The notes under the pieces are model-generated. The model was not told where the DNA came from. It made no database searches and was given only the letters and a program-made list of their open reading frames with translations. The position numbers and the translations under genes are program-made. From assembly GCF_020745735.1 (NCBI RefSeq), contig NC_083410.1, positions 4,438,117-4,502,116 of the forward strand: a DNA stretch of 64,000 bases, in the 5' to 3' direction. Of this stretch, positions 26,039 through 39,364 are shown in pieces (the stretch's first letter is position 1; each line of letters opens with the position of its first letter). Source of the stretch: Hemiscyllium ocellatum (Eukaryota).

Positions 26039-26759
26039 CTGAGCTGAGAATAACAGTTTGTTACTTGGACACTTGTAGTTATCATGCTTATTGTTTATTC
26101 CCATGGATTACAAATGTGTAAAATTCCTTCTTGTACATTGTCTGCACAAAAAAGTCACAGTGATCTTAAACAGCACCTTGCAGATTGGAGAAGAACAAGG
26201 GCAGCTAATATATGGGAACACCTGCAAGTTCCCCTCCAAGCCACTCCCCATCCTGACTTGAAAATATATCACTGCTCCTTCAGTGTCGCTGGGTCAAAAT
26301 TCTGGAATTCCTTCCCTTAGGGCATTGTGGGTCTATGTACAGCACATGGTCTGCAGTGGCTCAAGAAAGCAGCACATCACCACCTTCTCAAGGCAACTTG
26401 GGACGGAGCAATAAATGCTGGACCAGCCTGTGAGACCCACATCCTGTGAGTGAATAAAAATAATGCAGGAGAGGGTTCTAAAGATGGATAGAGAGGGCCG
26501 GGAAAGAGGGGAAAAAACTGATAGAGAAGTTGATGGTGAACTCCAGAAATCATAGACACATGTTTTGAAATTCAAAACTCTAATAGCCATCTGAAAAATT
26601 GCAGCGCATCATAGGTTTGGATAAGTTTACATTCATTAGGCTTCTGTAAGTGGGAAAATGTCTTTGACACCGTTGCCAAAGTGCTGATGTCATCCATGTA
26701 CCCATCAATATTAATTCAAGATTATAATCCGGTGAGATAGGGAATGCGATTGTATTTAC

Positions 26760-26895
26760 CCTTCTGGTTTTGATCGGGATTGAAAACAGGCCCATTTCTT
26801 CATGTAAAGAAGTACGATGAGAAGGATGCAGAGTAAGAGAACAAATGCCAGGGTGGTGCCAATGATGGTCATTAATAACCAATTTCCAGATTGTT
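26760..26895 (-). CDS. Transmembrane exon, 136 nt, phase 1/2
   Basis: Acceptor ggtattttacag| and donor |gtaaat. Translates (E)QSGNWLLMTIIGTTLAFVLLLCILLIVLLYMKKWACFQSRSKPE(G): an uncharged hydrophobic span followed by a KK stop-transfer. This frame is not the one shown in the ORF track. Confidence 0.88.
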
Positions 26896-27439
26896 CTGTA
26901 AAATACCAAAATCAAGGTTTAATATAACATCAGCACCACAAATCAAGTTAGCCGATGGATATCCGTCCTTTGGAACAGCCAGTTTCATACAGGAGTGATG
27001 GAAAAGCAGAGCTCTCTCTCAGGCACGGTATGTGGATAGGACTGCCCTGAGGGATGTACTACATGTGGGGCGTGTACAGAAGGAAGACAACACTGAGAAA
27101 CAGACAGGACAAGAAAACTGCTGTTGGTGACCACTGCCTTTCAAAGGAACTGTTACATTTGTTACGGACCAGGCCAGGCCTCCTCAAAATATTTCAAGAA
27201 AGTAGCCTAGACCCTAACTTTTCTCGTTGTTTTAAGCAGGTGGAAAGTGGACATAGCAGGAGTAATGCAGCTGCCCAATCATTCAGTTTTAAACAAAACA
27301 ACATTTATTCATACACAAACACAAGAAAACAGAATTTAGAATAATATAGCTATTTCAAACCCGAATTGACTCTATCACAACAGAATGATGCCGTTCTGAA
27401 TACCAGCAACATTCCCATAAGTACTCCTTGGCAGAAAGG

Positions 27440-27990
27440 TAATTTCATAGAACATAGAACAGTTCAGCATAGTACAGGCCCTTCGGCCCTCGACATTGTG
27501 TTGGCCTTTTATCTATTTAAGGTCAGACTAACCCACATACACTTCATTCCATGTACTACCTTACATGTGCCTGTCCAAGAGTCGCTTAAATATCCCTAAT
27601 ATCGCTGACTCTACTACCACTGCTGGCAGTGCATTCCACGTACCTGCCATGCTCTTTGTAAAGAACCTACCTCTGATATCTCCCCTAAACCTTTTCCCAA
27701 TTACCTTGAAATTATGCCCCTTCATGATAAACAATTCTGCCATGGGAAATAGTATCTGGCTATCCACTCTATCTATGCCTCTCAACATCTTGTACACCTT
27801 TGTCAAGTCACCTCTCATCCTTCTTCGCTCCAATAAGAAAAGCCCTAGCTTCCTCAACCTCTCTTCATAAGACAAGCCCTCCAGTCCAGGCACCATCCTG
27901 GTGAATCTCCCCTGCACCCTCTCTAAAGTTTCCACATCTTTTCTATACTGAGATGACCAGTACTGAGCACAATATTCCAACTCAGGTTCT
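27440..27990 (-). mobile_element. CR1 LINE 3' fragment
   Basis: EYCAQYWS..RKDVETLERVQGRFTRMVPGL peptide and ATAGAAC tail. Confidence 0.9.
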
Positions 27991-29784
27991 TACAGGAGAG
28001 ATGTAAGAGAGAGGGGATCAACGTGGAACTGTTTCTCTTGGTCCAGCAGCCTCTCTGGGTTCCCAGCTAAAACCTGACCAGGAGCTGCAAATAAAATAGC
28101 CAGACTGCTGAACCCAAACCAAACCCTGAACTGAGAGAACGGGCCAATCCCCTTTCATTGTTAAACACTTAAAAGCTCCTTCAAGTAGCTAAACCCAAAC
28201 ATATCTGTCTTAATGACCCCTCTGAAAAAAACCCAAAGACAACATAACCTTGTTAAAGGAGCAGCATTATCATACATTTTAATTCCTGTTAATTTCCCTA
28301 AACCTAATATTTATCCACTAGGCTGCATCAGACAGTGCAGTTGTAATCTGGAGCAGAAAATCAAAATTCTCAATTTTGCTATTTCTCTCTTTTGCATGGA
28401 AGCAGCAAGACGGATTGGTGTGATATTGATGACAGGAGGCAGGTGAACCAATGGGAAGCTCGTTGACCATGTCTGCTGTCTCTGAAAGGTCCTGTGCCCA
28501 GATTGAACTTGTGCTATCACAATCTTTGGAATGTTATCGATGAAAAGCAGCTGTCTGAGTCTGATTATTAAAAGCTGAATCGACACGAGTATAGTACTGT
28601 CTTGTTGAATAATACAGGAACGCCAACGCACAAAATAGGAACAAGGGTAGGCCATTCACTAATACAACAGCTGATCTGTTTGTGATTCAAATTCCACATT
28701 TCTATCTATTCCTGATAACATAAAATTCCCTGCCTCATAAGAATCTATCCTCCTCTGCCTTAAAGAAATTTCAGTGACCCCCACATTGACTGCATTCCAG
28801 GCAAAGAGTTCCAAAGTCACACAATGTGCTCCCACCCCCCCCCCCCCATCTCTGCCCTAAGAGAACAATAATTAATTTTACTTCAACACCTCCTAGATCT
28901 TGACTCAGCCACAAAAGGAAACATCCTTTCCACATCCACCTTGTCAAGATCATTCAGAACTTTATGCACTTTAATTAAATGCCCCTCACTCTTCTAAACT
29001 CTGTGGAAACAAAAGCAAAAATGTTACATACACTGGATATCTAACAAATAACAGAATATGCTGGAGATACTCAGCAGGTCTGGCAGCATCGTTGGACAGA
29101 GAAACAGAGTTAATGTTTTGGTCCAGGAACCCTTCTGTAGAATGAAGAAAGAGTCATGTTGGACTCAAAACATTGACTCTGTTTTTCTCTCCACCGACGC
29201 TGCCAGACCTGCTGAGTTTCTCCAGGATTTCAAGTGGAAAATAATCCACTTTTTTTAGTCCTTTGTCATAAAATAGCCAATTTATTCTTGAGGTCATTCG
29301 AGTAAGCCACCTCTTAACTACCTCCAATATATTTATTTTCTTTATGAGGAGACCAGAACACACACAGTATTCAAGATGTTCTGGTCACCTTGTTATAGGA
29401 AGGATATTATTAAGCTGGAGAGAATTCAGAAAAGATTTACGAGGGTGTTGCTAGGAATGGCAGGTTTGATTTATAAAGAGAGACCAGATAGGCTGAGACT
29501 TTTTTTCACAGGAGCCTAGGAGGTTGAGGGGTGACCTTATAGAGATTTATAAAATCGTGAGGGCAAGGATAAGGTGAATGACAGGTGTCTTTTCCTGAAG
29601 GTGGGGGATTTCAAGACCAGGCAGCACATTTTTAAGGAGGAAGATTCAAATTGGATTTGAGGGGCAAATTCTTTACACAGAAAAGGGTGAGTGTATGGAA
29701 TGAACTTCCAGAGGAAGTGGTAAATACGGATACAATTGCAATGTTTCAAAGATATTTGTATTAGTACATGAATAAGAAACATTT

Positions 29785-32700
29785 GTTTTTTTTTAATCTG
29801 TATTCGGTTTCCACCACCAGGAAGAAAGGAAACACCCAAGTGGCCTGTGACAAGCAGAGCCCTTCACGTCGAAGGGCAATGCTGTGTGATAAAACAGTGA
29901 AGGGGAGGGCAGGGATTAAATCAAAATAGAGTTGGAGGGGGAAATAATGCACTCCACTCCCTGCGGCGCCCACCTTTCTCTGAACAAACTCCAGGGTGTT
30001 GGTGGACACCGCGTGCTCCTTCTCCAAGGACACCCGGGCTCTAACGTAACCGCGGAAGAGGGGCAGGCAGTCGGCCCTAACGACCCCCTCCACGGCCCGC
30101 TGCCTGGACCTGTTTATGGCCAGTTTGGCCAGGCCCAGGAGCAGACCCACAAGGAGGTCTTCAGACCTGCCCTCCCTCCTCCGTACCGGATGCCCGAAGA
30201 TCAGGAGCGTGGGACTGAAGTGCAACCAAAAGCAGAGGAGAAGGTTTCTGAGGAAATCGAAAAGGGAGTGCAAACGCCCACACCCAACATACACATGGTC
30301 CACGGACTCCACAGCACCACAGAACAAACAGTTGGGCTGGGAGTCCGTGAACCATCGCAATCTGCAGTTGCAGGGGACTGCTGCGTGCAGCATCCTCCAC
30401 CCCAGATCCCCGAGAGAAAGGGGGAGGACTCCCACGTAGAGAGCCCTACGCTGGGGATCCCCACCGCATGGTGGCAAATGGACACGCCATGGCCAATATA
30501 GGGCCTGCCTTTTTATGTCCTTAAAAGGGACAAAGTTAAAATTCTAGAGACGGCTCAGGTTATGAGGCACAGGCTCCCGCGGGAAGTACGCCACCCTAGG
30601 GCCAATGTGAAATTCCGTCCAGGCTGGGGTGAGCGCAGGCAGGATCCCACCGCACCCCTGAGCGTCCTCCAACTGGTGCACTATGTCGGGTCCGCTCACC
30701 GCCGTTTTAAGGCGTCGGATGGCGGTGGCCACGTACCGGACGTCTACCGCTGCCCTGCTCTCTGTGACCTGTGGCTGCATCCAGCCCAGGCCCCCGGCAC
30801 CCAGCACGTCCCTGACCCTGGTCACCCTCGCCGCCATGGCCCTCCCCTCTGACAGCCACTCGAGCCCGTGAGCACGGAGGTGCAGATTCCTGAGTAACGG
30901 CTCCCTGACGACAGCCGCTACTCCTGCCGGAGGGTAGGCACGGTACCATTCGACAATGTTCCAGACAGTGATCAGGTCCTGGTAAAAGACAGGCAGCGTC
31001 TTGAGGGCGACCTCCAAACCGTCACGGTCGGCGAACAGGAGCTGCGTGTCGTAGTTGAGGTTACTCACCTGGCGGAAAAAATACATTGCCAGGGCGCACC
31101 ACCCAGAAGGAGGCTCGACGTAATGGTATCGCTGCAAGGTCTGAAGGCAGAACGTCGCGACCTGGGTGCCGTCGCACACCAGCAGCTGACCGCCCTCCTC
31201 AATAGGGAGACTCAGAACCTGCGCAGCGACCCAGTACATCTTTTTGTCCCAGAAGAAGTCGACCAACATTTTCAGGATTTCAGCGACAAAGCCAGGAGGA
31301 GGGACCAAAGTGACCAGCCGGTACCACAGCATGGCAGCCACCAGCTGGTTTAGGACCAGCATTCAGCTCCTGTAAGATAGCACTCGGAGCAGTCCTGTCC
31401 AGCGGCATAGGCGAGCCGAGACTTTGGCCTCCAGCTCCTGCCAGTTGGCCGGCCCGGGCTCCGCAGCCGGGCTGAGGTAGACCCCCAGGTAGAGGAGATG
31501 GGTGGTACTACAGCTGAACCCCAGTATCTACTCCGGCAGGGAGTCCACTCACCATGGACCCACCAGTAGTCCGGAACATTTGGCCCAGTTGATCCTGGCG
31601 GAAGACGCTGCTGAGTACACGGCCTGGCACTCGCGCATCCTCCCCAGGTCAGCTGGGTCGGTGAAAGTGAGGAACACATCATCGACCTAGGCCGAGAGGA
31701 CCACCCCTGTGCCCACGCTGAGCAGAACCAGCCCCAAAGGCACTCGGCAGACCAACCCGTTGACAGAAATGGATCAGGTCCCGGACCAGGTGGATGTTGT
31801 CATGTATCCTCCGGCCCGGGACCGTGTAGGACTGGTCCGGGTGAATCACGTGGGCCAGCACGGAAGCCAGGCGAGAAGACAACACCCTAGCGAAGATTTC
31901 GTAGTCTGTGCAGAGAAGGCAGACCGGATGCCAGTTCTTTAAAGAACGAAGGTCCCCCTTCTTTGGCAGCAGGACAATGACCACCCTGCGCCAAGAAGGG
32001 GGCAGCTCTCCAGTATTTAGACACTCCTCCAGGACCTGTGCATAGTTGCTCCCCAGGACATCCCAGAATGCCCTGAAGAACTCCACAGTCAGCTCGTCCA
32101 ACCCCGGGGACTTGCCCCTCTAGAGCCAGTCGAGGGCGCCAGTCAGCTCCTCTAAGGTGATTGGAGCATCGAGCCTTCCGACGTCCTCCAGGCTGAGCTG
32201 CGGCAGTTCCTCCCACAAAACTCTGCGAGCATCCTCTCTGGACGGATCTAGAGAGAACAAAGCCGTGTAATAGTTTCGGATGTGGGTCCTGATACCCTCT
32301 GGATCTGAGACGAGAGACCCATCATCAGCCAGCAGCACGAGGAACTGCTGACGGGTACCATGCCTTTTTTCCAGCGAGTAGAAGAAGGGGGAGCCACGGT
32401 CCAGGTCCTAGAATAGCTGGATCAGCGACCCCACGTACGCGGCCCGAGCCCCGACGAGCTGCAGGGCCCAGAGCGCGGCCTTCCTCTCTTCGTATACCCC
32501 ACGCAGGGCCGGGTCAGCGTCGGACTGACCGAGGCATGACTCCAGGTTGAGCATCTCCCTCTCCAACTCCTCTATCCTGGACTTCCGCCTCTTTGTCGAC
32601 CCCCTCACGTATCGTTGCCAGAAAACATGGACGTGAGCCTTGCCCACATCCCACCATAGCCTCAGGGAGGGGAAGCTTCCCCCGCTTCCTTCTCCAGCCA

Positions 32701-33186
32701 GTCCAGAAATGACAAAACGAGTCTCGGAACCGCTCGTCCTCAAGCAGCAGGTTTTTAAAGTGCCAGTACGCGGACCCGAACCGGGAGCCAAAAGGAAAGA
32801 GTTCTGCCCACACCAGGTGATGGTCCGTGCATGACACCTGCCGCGTGGAGGCCTTCGGAAAACAGGAGGCGTACGCCCGCGAAATGTACAGGCGGTCGAT
32901 TCTGGACACTCCGACCCCAGGCCTCACGAAGGTGAAGGCGATGGAGTCGGGACGGAAATTCCGCCAGACGTCCACCAGGTCGAAGGACTTGACCAAGTCC
33001 CCCAACCTCCTCCCTGACGGCCAACCGGTGCGGGCACCACCGTGTTCCCTGTCCTCGAGGACACAGTTAAAATCTCCCCCAAGGACGACGTACTGGCTCT
33101 CGTCGATGGAGGCAAGATGAGCGAACACTTCGCCGAAGAAGCTCGCTTGCCTCGGCACAGCCAGGGGGAGCGTAGACATTCACCAA
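29785..33186 (-). mobile_element. Tx1-clade non-LTR retrotransposon ORF2, 5'-truncated and frameshifted, GC-rich, with 15-bp TSD
   Basis: APE motifs VNVYAP, GGDFNC, SRIDRLY, TDH; RT DELTVEFF..KKGD..KNWHPVCLLCTDYEI..DQSYTVPGR; C-terminal C-x2-C..H zinc-finger region. TSD GAATAAGAAACATTT (29770-29784) / GAATAAGAGACATTT (33187-33201). Splits a CR1 3' end. Confidence 0.92.
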
Positions 33187-34906
33187 GAATAAGAGACATT
33201 TAAAGGGATCTGAGCCAAATGCTGGCAGGTGGGACTAGTTAATCTTGGAATTTGGTTGGAGTGGACTGTTTGGACCGAAGAATCTGTTTCTGTGCTGTAT
33301 GACTCTATAGCTCTATGATCCCATCAATGCTTGCATAACTGCAGCATAACTTCCTTGCTTTTATAGAATGGTTATCCATTTTGGTTTGGAAGAGGTATAA
33401 ATGGAGAGAAACCTCAGAATGCTACAGTGCAGAGGGATCTGGGTTTTCTCATGCATGGATCACAGAAAACGTGTATGCAGGTACAATGGGTAATAAGGTA
33501 GGCAAATGGATTTTTTGCAATTACTGCAAAAGAAATAGAGTATAAAAGAAGGGGATTGTTGCTGCAATTGTATAAGGCATCAGTGAGACCACATTTGAAG
33601 TACTCTACAGTTTAGTCCATTGAATTATGGAGGGATGTACTGCATTGGAGGCAGTTCCAAGTAGGTTCATTAGACTGATTCCAGAGATGAAAGCATTGTC
33701 TTATGAAGAAAGATTGAGCAGTTCAGTGTGATAAGAAGAGTTTTGAAGAATATGGGGAGATCTGGTTGAGGTATGCAAGATGCTAAAGGGGATTGACAAA
33801 GTAGATATAGACAGGATGTTTCTCCTTGTGGGGAAATTTAGAATAGGTTTAGGGTAAGGGACAGCAGACTTAACACAGAGGTGAGGAGAAATTACTTCGC
33901 TCAAAGCTTCATGGAGTTCACTCTCCCAGATTGTGGTGGATGCTGGGACTTTGAGTAAATTAGGAATGAATCAAATAGTAATGGAGAGCAGGCAGGAAAG
34001 TGTAATTGAGACTGAGGTGAGATAAGCCATTCCTGGTGGCTCAGTGGTTAACACTACAGCTTCACAGTACCAGGGGCCCAGATTTGATCCCAGCCTCGGG
34101 TGACTGTCAGTGTGGCGCTTGAACATTCTCCCTTTGTCTGCAGGGGTTTCTGTTGAGTCCTCCAGTTTTCTCCCACAATTCAAAGGTGTGTAGGGCAGGT
34201 GGATTGGCCATGTCCATAGTGTTAGGTGCATTATTCAGAGGGAAATCGGTCTGGGTGAGCTACTCTTCGGAGGGTTGGTGTGAACTTGTTGGGCCAAATG
34301 GCATGTTTCCTGATTGGAAGTAATCTAATCTAATTTAAATGCAGGATTGAAGGGTTGAATGGCATACTCCTTCTCTGAGTTCTTAGCTTCAATTCCTCTT
34401 GTCATAAGGCAACATCCCATTAGCCTCTCGATTACGTACTGTACCTGGAAGCTAACTTTCTCTGACTCCTGCATAAGGACACAGAGACTTGTCTGGATCC
34501 TGGCAGTCTTTCTGCCTTATCTTTGTATCAAAGTTATAAATTTCACATTTTTTCACATTATCCTCTTTCTGCCAGATTAATACCCAACGTCTCAGCTTAT
34601 CCACATTCACCGGCAACCGCACTATATCTTCTTCACAACATACTTCCTGATCATGCACATCTGTGAATTTAGTCACCGTGCCTTCACTCCCCTCACCTGA
34701 GTCACTGACATATTTGGGAAAAGTACAGCATCCTATGAGACTCTACTGATCACATGCTGCCATTCAGCCAAAACATCGCTGCATCCTTTCACCATCCTTC
34801 ACAGCTAGCGGCTAGTACTCCATCGAAGCATTCTGTTGTGGTTGGACAGATTGAACAGTGAGCCTTCCTCCGAAATCACCTCTCTCTCTCTCTTCGCTCA
34901 GCTTTA

Positions 34907-35230
34907 GGGCGGCACGGTGGCACAGTGGTTAGCACTGCTGCCTCACAGCGCCAGGGACCTGGGTTCGATTCCCGCCTCAGGCGACTGACTGTGTGGAGTT
35001 TGCACGTTCTCCCCGTGTCTGCGTGGGTTTCCTCCGGGTGCTCCGGTTTCCTCCCACAGTCCAAAGATGTGCGGGTCAGGTGAATTGGCCATGCTAAATT
35101 GCCCGTAGTGTTAGGTAAGGGGTATATGTAGGGGTATGGATGGGTTGTGCTTCGGCGGGTCGGTGTGGACTTGTTGGGCCGAAGGGCCTGTTTCCACACT
35201 GTAAGTAATCTAATCTAATCTAATCTAATC
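34907..35230 (+). mobile_element. Full-length young HE1-type V-SINE
   Basis: GGGCGGCACGGTGGCACAGTGGTTAGC head with A/B boxes, V-domain and (TAATC)n tail. Near-identical copies at 38898-39195 and 49062-49384. Confidence 0.92.
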
Positions 35231-35799
35231 ATCAGCTACTAGGATTTGTGACTGCTTATTCACCAGGAGAGCTCCTGTTAATTCCACAGTCAGCCCTCAG
35301 ATCTGAAGCTTATCAGATTCTCCATCAGCTGCAGCTCCCATCCAGGAGGAGACAGTGACACAGGGAACTGGCTGGGTCTGGCTGGCAGGAGGTGAGAGCG
35401 CACTCTGAAAGATGTAACCACATTAAAGCAATTGATGAAAGAGGGAACGTCGGCACAGAATAGAGAGAGAACACAAGGGGAGGTCTGGAATTGGGTGGAA
35501 GACGGAGGAAATCACGGCAAACCTGGACATACACACTATGGGAGAAAACAACAGAAATGACGACAATCTGAATTTGATGAAGTTAGAATTATGTTTGCAA
35601 CATTATAAAATCCCAGGTCAAACATAGTTATCCTTCAGCTCATGTTGAATTTCAATGGAACAGTGTTTGAGGTTGAGGTCAGAGTGGGAGTGAGAATTAA
35701 AGTGAGAGTGAGTGGAAGTAGAGCACTGATGGAGGATGTGGGCCTCCACACAACAGGCTACTGAGCACCTGTTTGACCCTCTGCACCATCTCCCACATC

Positions 35800-36350
35800 T
35801 CGCTGATACTCAATGCTGGCACGGAAAATGTGCTTCATTACTGGAACATTCCAGTCAACAAGCCCGCCCCCAGTTTCCTGTCCTCACAAACATCTCTCCC
35901 CTCCCCCACACATCTAGTGACTGATGAAAACCCACGAACTGGATGAAGTGATCTGTGCTCCCTCTCCTTTCCAGACTCCACAATGATCCACTTGGTGTTC
36001 CCTCTCCATCAGGGTGCTCTGTACAGAGCAACATTCCTGAGCAAGGTCCACCAACAAGATGTCCTTCAGAATAAGGAGATGGAGACTGTGAGATATCACT
36101 GACCCATTCTCCCCTTGTGTCAAAGCTCATCTGTCAAATGGTTGCCTTGGAGCTCCCATACTGAGAGTGGGCCTTGCTGAACAGGATGAGAACCAGTCAG
36201 AGTCCTGACGCAGCTAGTTCCCTCCCTCAGGGGGCTTCACTCCAAAGCCTTCTGTCACACACATATGGAGAGACACAGACTATACTGCACCTTGCCAAGG
36301 AGTGTCCCCTGGACAGACTAACAGACTCATCATCACAACCACCCCCAGCA
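35800..36350 (-). mobile_element. Old degenerate Tx1-like 3' fragment
   Basis: Residual similarity to the C-terminal part of the 29.8-33.2 kb Tx1 element (SPTLLIFGH / LVGLLLGLAK region). Confidence 0.5.
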
Positions 36351-36652
36351 AATGAGAAGGGGGTCACCAGGTTCTGGAGATTTTAATTTGGTAAATAATA
36401 CATTGGGATGTTCAGCTGACAATCACCCAATCATAAATGTTCCGCCAAAGAAGAGGAGAGATTGACAGTTGCTGATTGGATCTATCATAAACACTGTAAC
36501 ATTCAAGTAAAATGGTTCTTTTGAGATTCTTAAAGACATTTTAAGCCATGAACTAAAAGTTTAAAATCAATATTATGAAATGATCCCCAGTCCCAACCTG
36601 TCCATCACCCACACAATCAAAGATCAGTGGGTATCATGTAAACAGGACTTAC

Positions 36653-36997
36653 CTGTTACAGTCAATTGGGTTCCATTCCCAATGATATCTCCCCACACTT
36701 TACAATAATAGACTCCAGTGTCATTGGGCTGTACATTTGTGATGGTCAGAATGAAGCTGTTATTGGAGGGATCTCTAGAAGACTGGAATCGCTGAGTGAA
36801 TCCTGGGCTCCATCGTGTGTTGTTCCCCACGTGAAGTGTTAAAACCCACTCTGTGTTACTTCCTGGTTGTTTCCGGTGCCAGTGAACATCGGTATGTGTC
36901 ACTGCGGCGTTCCTCATGGTGCACTGTAGCTGGGCAGTGTGACCCTCGGTGACACGTTCCACTATCAGAGACTGGAGAAGGACTGGGGGATTTGCAA
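36653..36997 (-). CDS. Ig V-set exon 4 (VJ-type), 345 nt, phase 1/1; close paralog of exon 2
   Basis: Acceptor ttcttcccttaaag| and donor |gtaagt. Translates ANPPVLLQSL..QLQC..DVHW..DTGVYYCKVWGDIIGNGTQLTVT. Confidence 0.92.
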
Positions 36998-37221
36998 CTT
37001 TAAGGGAAGAATATAAACAATGTACAAACTAGACTGCAATCTGTAAACTGTCCTCAATATTTCAGTTGAAATGTCAGGGAAGTACGCATTATCTCGTCAC
37101 AAATGCACAAATATATGGCTCCAAATCTTTCAAACGAACATGTAAAATCTTACAAAATGGCTCCCATAAGTCACTTGTACTCCTTTGCAGATTAACCTAC
37201 AATTGTATTCAGCATATATCT

Positions 37222-37707
37222 GGATGTAGCTTTGTTCGCTGAGCTGGAAGATTCATTTCCAGACATTTCGCCACCCTTTGGGTTTTTTGGGGTTGTGTTC
37301 TCCCAGTCGAAGTGGTGTCCTTACATACAGATAAGGAAGGACACCCCTTCGACTAGGGCAACACATCCATCCTAGGACAAGCCAAACAGAAACACACACA
37401 AGAATTCCGAGAAGCATGGCATACCAACCGGAACTCTATCAATAAACACATCGAATTAGACCCCATCTACCAACGCCTGAGAAAAAGAACAGGAAATGAC
37501 ATTACCACAAGAAATGACATCACCAACCCAAATAAACCCAGTCATATAAATAGAAAGCAGGAATCATCAATAGTGCTTTGCCCAGAGACCCACTGAAGAT
37601 GTTACCTAGTAGGGTGACAAAATATCTGGAAATGAACCTTCCAGCTCAGCAAGCAAACCTATACCCAGAACCTCAACCTGAGCTACAAATCTTCCCAAAA
37701 CTTGCTT
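37222..37707 (+). mobile_element. Penelope-like GIY-YIG 3' fragment with inverted pseudo-LTR piece at its 5' end
   Basis: Translates ..PFD*GNTSILGQAKQKHTQEFREAWHTNRNSINKHIELDPIYQRLRKR. 37235-37280 is an inverted copy of ~37610-37655; degenerate hammerhead core CTGAAGA..AAAAT near 37590-37625. Confidence 0.75.
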
Positions 37708-38374
37708 AGCTTCTACTTATCTGAGGGAGAGCCACAAGAAAGACTGAACATTCCACAGGGTAAAGAGAAACTCATTGGCAGTATCTCCTGCGTCAGCAAA
37801 AAGGTGACCAAACAGGTAGTTGAGGGTAAAGCAGTTGATGTGGTGTATATGGATTTCAGTAAGGCATTCGATAAGTTTTCCCCACAGTAGGCTATTGCAC
37901 AAAATACAGAGGCATGGGATTGTAGGTGATTTAGTGGTTTGGATCAGAAATTGGCGAGCCGAAAGAAGACAGAGAGTGATGGTTGATAGGAAATGTTCAT
38001 CCTGGAGTTCAGTTACGAGTCATGTACTGCAAGGATCTGTTCTGGGGCCACTGTGTGACTTCACCTGCATCAGCAAAAACCTAAAAGAATGAGAGATACA
38101 AGCAGGAAACCCAGCAGGTCTGGCATCACATGAGGAGAGAGAAATCAGAGTTTGTGTTCACTGCCACTAGCTCAATGCCTGGTGCTGTCCTCACAGCTGC
38201 CTTCTGGGCTGTCCATCCAACATGGCTGCTCCCAGCCAGATGTTGATAGATGCCACACTTCAAAAAAAAAACCTGCACCCAAACCATCAAACCGTGTCAG
38301 GTATTCTGGTAGTTCCCATCTTGAGCACTGATTGTACATTGCCCTGGAGCTGAGGAAATGAACTTTTTAAATGT

Positions 38375-38660
38375 CACAGCCTTACAATGTGAAAGCAGGC
38401 CATTCTGCCTATCAAGTCCACACTGACCCTCTGAAGAGCACCCAGTCCCAGCCCCCTAGCCCATCATTGTAACACTGCATTTCCCATAGCCAATTCACAG
38501 AACCTGCACATCTTTGGACTGTGGGGGGAAACCAGAGCAACTGGAGGAAACCCACACAGACACAGGGAGAGTGTGCAAACTCCACACAGACAGTCGCCTG
38601 AAGCTGGAATCGAACCCGGGTCTCTGGCACAGTGAGGCTGCAGTGCTAACCAACAGGCCT
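38375..38660 (-). mobile_element. HE1-type V-SINE (older copy)
   Basis: V-domain and tRNA-like head on the minus strand. Confidence 0.8.
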
Positions 38661-38897
38661 CCCACAGGCGTTTAGGTTAGGTTATCATATGACTAAAGGC
38701 AAATCAGTGTGGATGCTGAAAATCTGAAATAAGACAGGAAGTTCTGGAGAAACTCAGCAGGTCCAGTAGCATCTGTGCAGAGAATCACAGTTTATGCTTC
38801 GAGACTGAAATTTTCTTCATGACGGTGCTGAAGAAGGATCATTTTAAAAAATTCAAACAGTGGCTACAAGAGCAGTTGAAAGGCTGGGAATCTTGCA

Positions 38898-39195
38898 GCA
38901 GTGGTTAGCACTGCTGCCTCACAGCGCCAGGGACCTGGGTTCAATTCCCGCCTCAGGCGACTGACTGTGTGGAGTTTGCACGTTCTCCCCGTGTCTGCGT
39001 GGGTTTCCTCCGGGTGCTCCGGTTTCCTCCCACAGTCCAAAGATGTGTGGGTCGGGTGAATTAGCCATGCTAAGTTGCCCGTAGTGTTAGGTAAGGGGTA
39101 TATGTAGGGGTATGGATGGGTTGCGCTTCGGCGGGTCGATGTGGACTAGTTGGGCCAAAGGGCCTGTTTCCACACTGTAAGTAATCTAATCTAAA
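38898..39195 (+). mobile_element. Young HE1-type V-SINE, slightly 5'-truncated
   Basis: Nearly identical to 34907-35230; TAATC tail. Confidence 0.9.
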
Positions 39196-39364
39196 CTCCC
39201 TTTCGGACTTCTCAAAGCCTGTCCAATATCTACAAGGAACAAGTTAGCACTGTGATGGAAAATGCACCATTTACTTAGCTGAGTAGGGCTTTAATATCAC
39301 TTAAGAAGTTGAACAGCTTTCAGGTCAAAGCAGCTGGCTTCTTCATAATCCTGTCCATCATCTT

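Noticed and set aside
26580-26915. 111-aa minus ORF from the track overlapping the TM exon, and a nearby KPNECKLIQTYDAL segment
   Set aside because: The track ORF is in the wrong frame; the TM frame is bounded by splice sites. The second segment has the wrong phase and no donor.
28311-28655. Candidate constant-domain or stalk exon between V4 and TM
   Set aside because: No frame shows Ig Cys/Trp spacing, and I found no usable donor site.
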